Part shown: piece by piece, positions 63,701-64,000 of the stretch
How positions within the stretch are numbered: the first letter of the stretch is position 1
Layout of the letters: the number at the start of each line of letters is the position of its first letter
NCBI GenBank assembly: GCA_027036735.1
Contig: JALWDU010000092.1
Coordinates: forward strand, 6,788-70,787
Origin: Aquificales bacterium
GTDB taxonomy: Bacteria > Aquificota > Aquificia > Aquificales > QOAS01
Length of the DNA stretch: 64,000 nt
Reading direction: 5' to 3'
Notes under the pieces: generated by a model
Database searches by the model: none
What the model saw: only the letters and a program-made list of their open reading frames with translations
Told to the model about the DNA's origin: nothing
Made by a program: the position numbers and the translations under genes

Positions 63701-64000
63701 AGGGAGTCCATCCCGAAAAATTGTTCCTCCGAGAGGAAGAAAAAAGCGAATTGGCTAACCTTTTAAGTGTGGTTCATTTAATCCAATACCAAAAGGGAGA
63801 GGAGTTGAAAAAGTCCAATAAAAGGGTAGGTTGGGAAAAGACCTTTAAGAGGAACCCCTTTTATGTGCTTCCCGAAAGGAGGAGCGGAGATAAAAATATC
63901 CTCGCCCTTACGGAGGTGGATATTTTCTTTAACTCCGAAGCCCGTCCGAGGTTACAGACCGTTTTAACCGCCTTTAGGTTGTGGGATGCGGTTAGAAACC
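60784..64000 (+). CDS. very large hypothetical protein (>1072 aa, runs off right edge)
   Basis: Absent from the ORF track because it has no stop in the window. I translated from the ATG at 60784 to position 64000 without meeting a stop (MVYQLREEPQRCLTLKDEVFKKF....TVLTAFRLWDAVRN). I saw no P-loop or other motif I recognise. Confidence 0.8.
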   Translation, partial: MVYQLREEPQRCLTLKDEVFKKFIELFKEKLKKQSSFRNGKDIFNFSKEVAIEFEKRFPKISEVFNGKPYDCKKFFEIFTERQLAEIRKLSKEISINAELKTFKESLEEYIKQNFELFKKRLKAEGYTEEEIKEAWEKNFKYFEELIKEDTTYYTRIASLRIKDKTEKPNESDPYFLTYLLVFELEKSSRSEEFKNLKEYLFRGRIESVEETLKELVAQKWESNVDELLADLGIVDEAFDNKWEEKREDILKIVEDLFDAIDSTVRSRIEAEHFRDLIEFAKERIENENLLETLKVIEENLNLLREIYENNPDLGNILVEAIPVGFEFWDKITDYAVEKDFRHFLYTYKMKINDIAEGAIENHLLKPKWVKLPDIKTRADYFIAQGILFKEIVRNLDKAIEDLGTDAVKKLPSYLKGFIKALFYYGKADIETLKGFYNYYEQVQVIVSDWLAKRSDERTFSEADREFLTRIGDEIERLLPPLEGNKERFEELYGYIAQNLIKEFVEKVLPSNGRELFVAVDFPSLAGTIKRLLSEEEKQSKTHIYRGLLKVLTQKEELKNFEYIFRVKNAVQNHLLDLDREVSPKLEKLKPIKDLKEFFTLTAELSEERIPSNGQTYKLGFILSFLLLTSLIASRSGGILEGFSLPHSTNKGEDLKIDKYRDLLYALVGASVFAINSDKVAAVQNFNWSNVFKKEPFRKDKNKNLYKAINNLLNTRLLVNSKIKNGLTSLYSNLPFEVEGLNLNQKMAILALSHPAKVDKNLKAVLGEAYIFEPIKGKDLFNTSKGVRVFRKTFSGVYSFIEKDQKGEFADYKTILSDFLKTLKKLGVEKVYLIPPLPIYRGLSTKEDFLRELYFSDLLAEVGEEIEIPLRLVFSSFGIVYTPELSNFKRRIKDFLKKEGLIIKTDKKVEEKRGIIAVNLFKNIEKITPRSGAMPFITPKFAIIPLFSMEESVEKTLFHHAFIYSVPNHRLFEGVHPEKLFLREEEKSELANLLSVVHLIQYQKGEELKKSNKRVGWEKTFKRNPFYVLPERRSGDKNILALTEVDIFFNSEARPRLQTVLTAFRLWDAVRN

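Overview
This 64 kb window looks like chromosomal DNA from a thermophile-type bacterium. Proteins are Glu/Lys/Arg-rich, host genes carry strong GGAGG ribosome-binding sites, and rpoB/rpoC carry lineage-specific insertions. An Aquificota-like origin is my inference only and cannot be verified here. Note that the ORF track also opens ORFs at TTG/GTG, so several starts were re-examined by hand.

The housekeeping backbone is: rpoC (partial), rpoB, queE, argB, rpsQ, pheT, hpf, sucC/sucD, a futalosine-pathway gene, rnr, dapF, serS, eno, fur, a valS fragment, tyrA, nnr, tRNA-Arg(ACG), coaE, prfB and dapB.

Two accessory regions stand out:
- **33.6-47.0 kb: a complete but rearranged type I-B CRISPR-Cas locus.** It reads array1, cas3-cas4-cas1-cas2, array2, gene cassettes bracketed by CRISPR repeats, a 2-repeat mini-array, an inverted cas6 with a translationally coupled unknown ORF, a solo IS200/IS605-type tnpB wedged between divergent cas6 and cas8b, then cas8b-cas7-cas5. 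The two main arrays have duplicated 232-nt leaders.
- **54.6-64.0 kb, immediately after dapB: an island I cannot assign to any system I know.** It holds a 1161-aa SF1-like P-loop helicase, a DEDDh exonuclease with a zinc ribbon, and an open-ended ORF of more than 1070 aa that the ORF track misses. It is split by a visibly AT-rich insert carrying a decayed RHH antitoxin. This is my best candidate for a novel defence-type system.

Smaller oddities:
- A Uma2-endonuclease gene pair is inserted in tight coupling between sucC and sucD.
- There is a HEPN/MNT pair.
- A DUF255 thioredoxin-domain gene is frameshifted.
- The C-terminal half of ValRS stands alone, and PheT is unusually short.
- RpoB carries a Cys4 ribbon insertion.
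- A family of GC-rich GAA-loop hairpins recurs verbatim, including inside ORFs.
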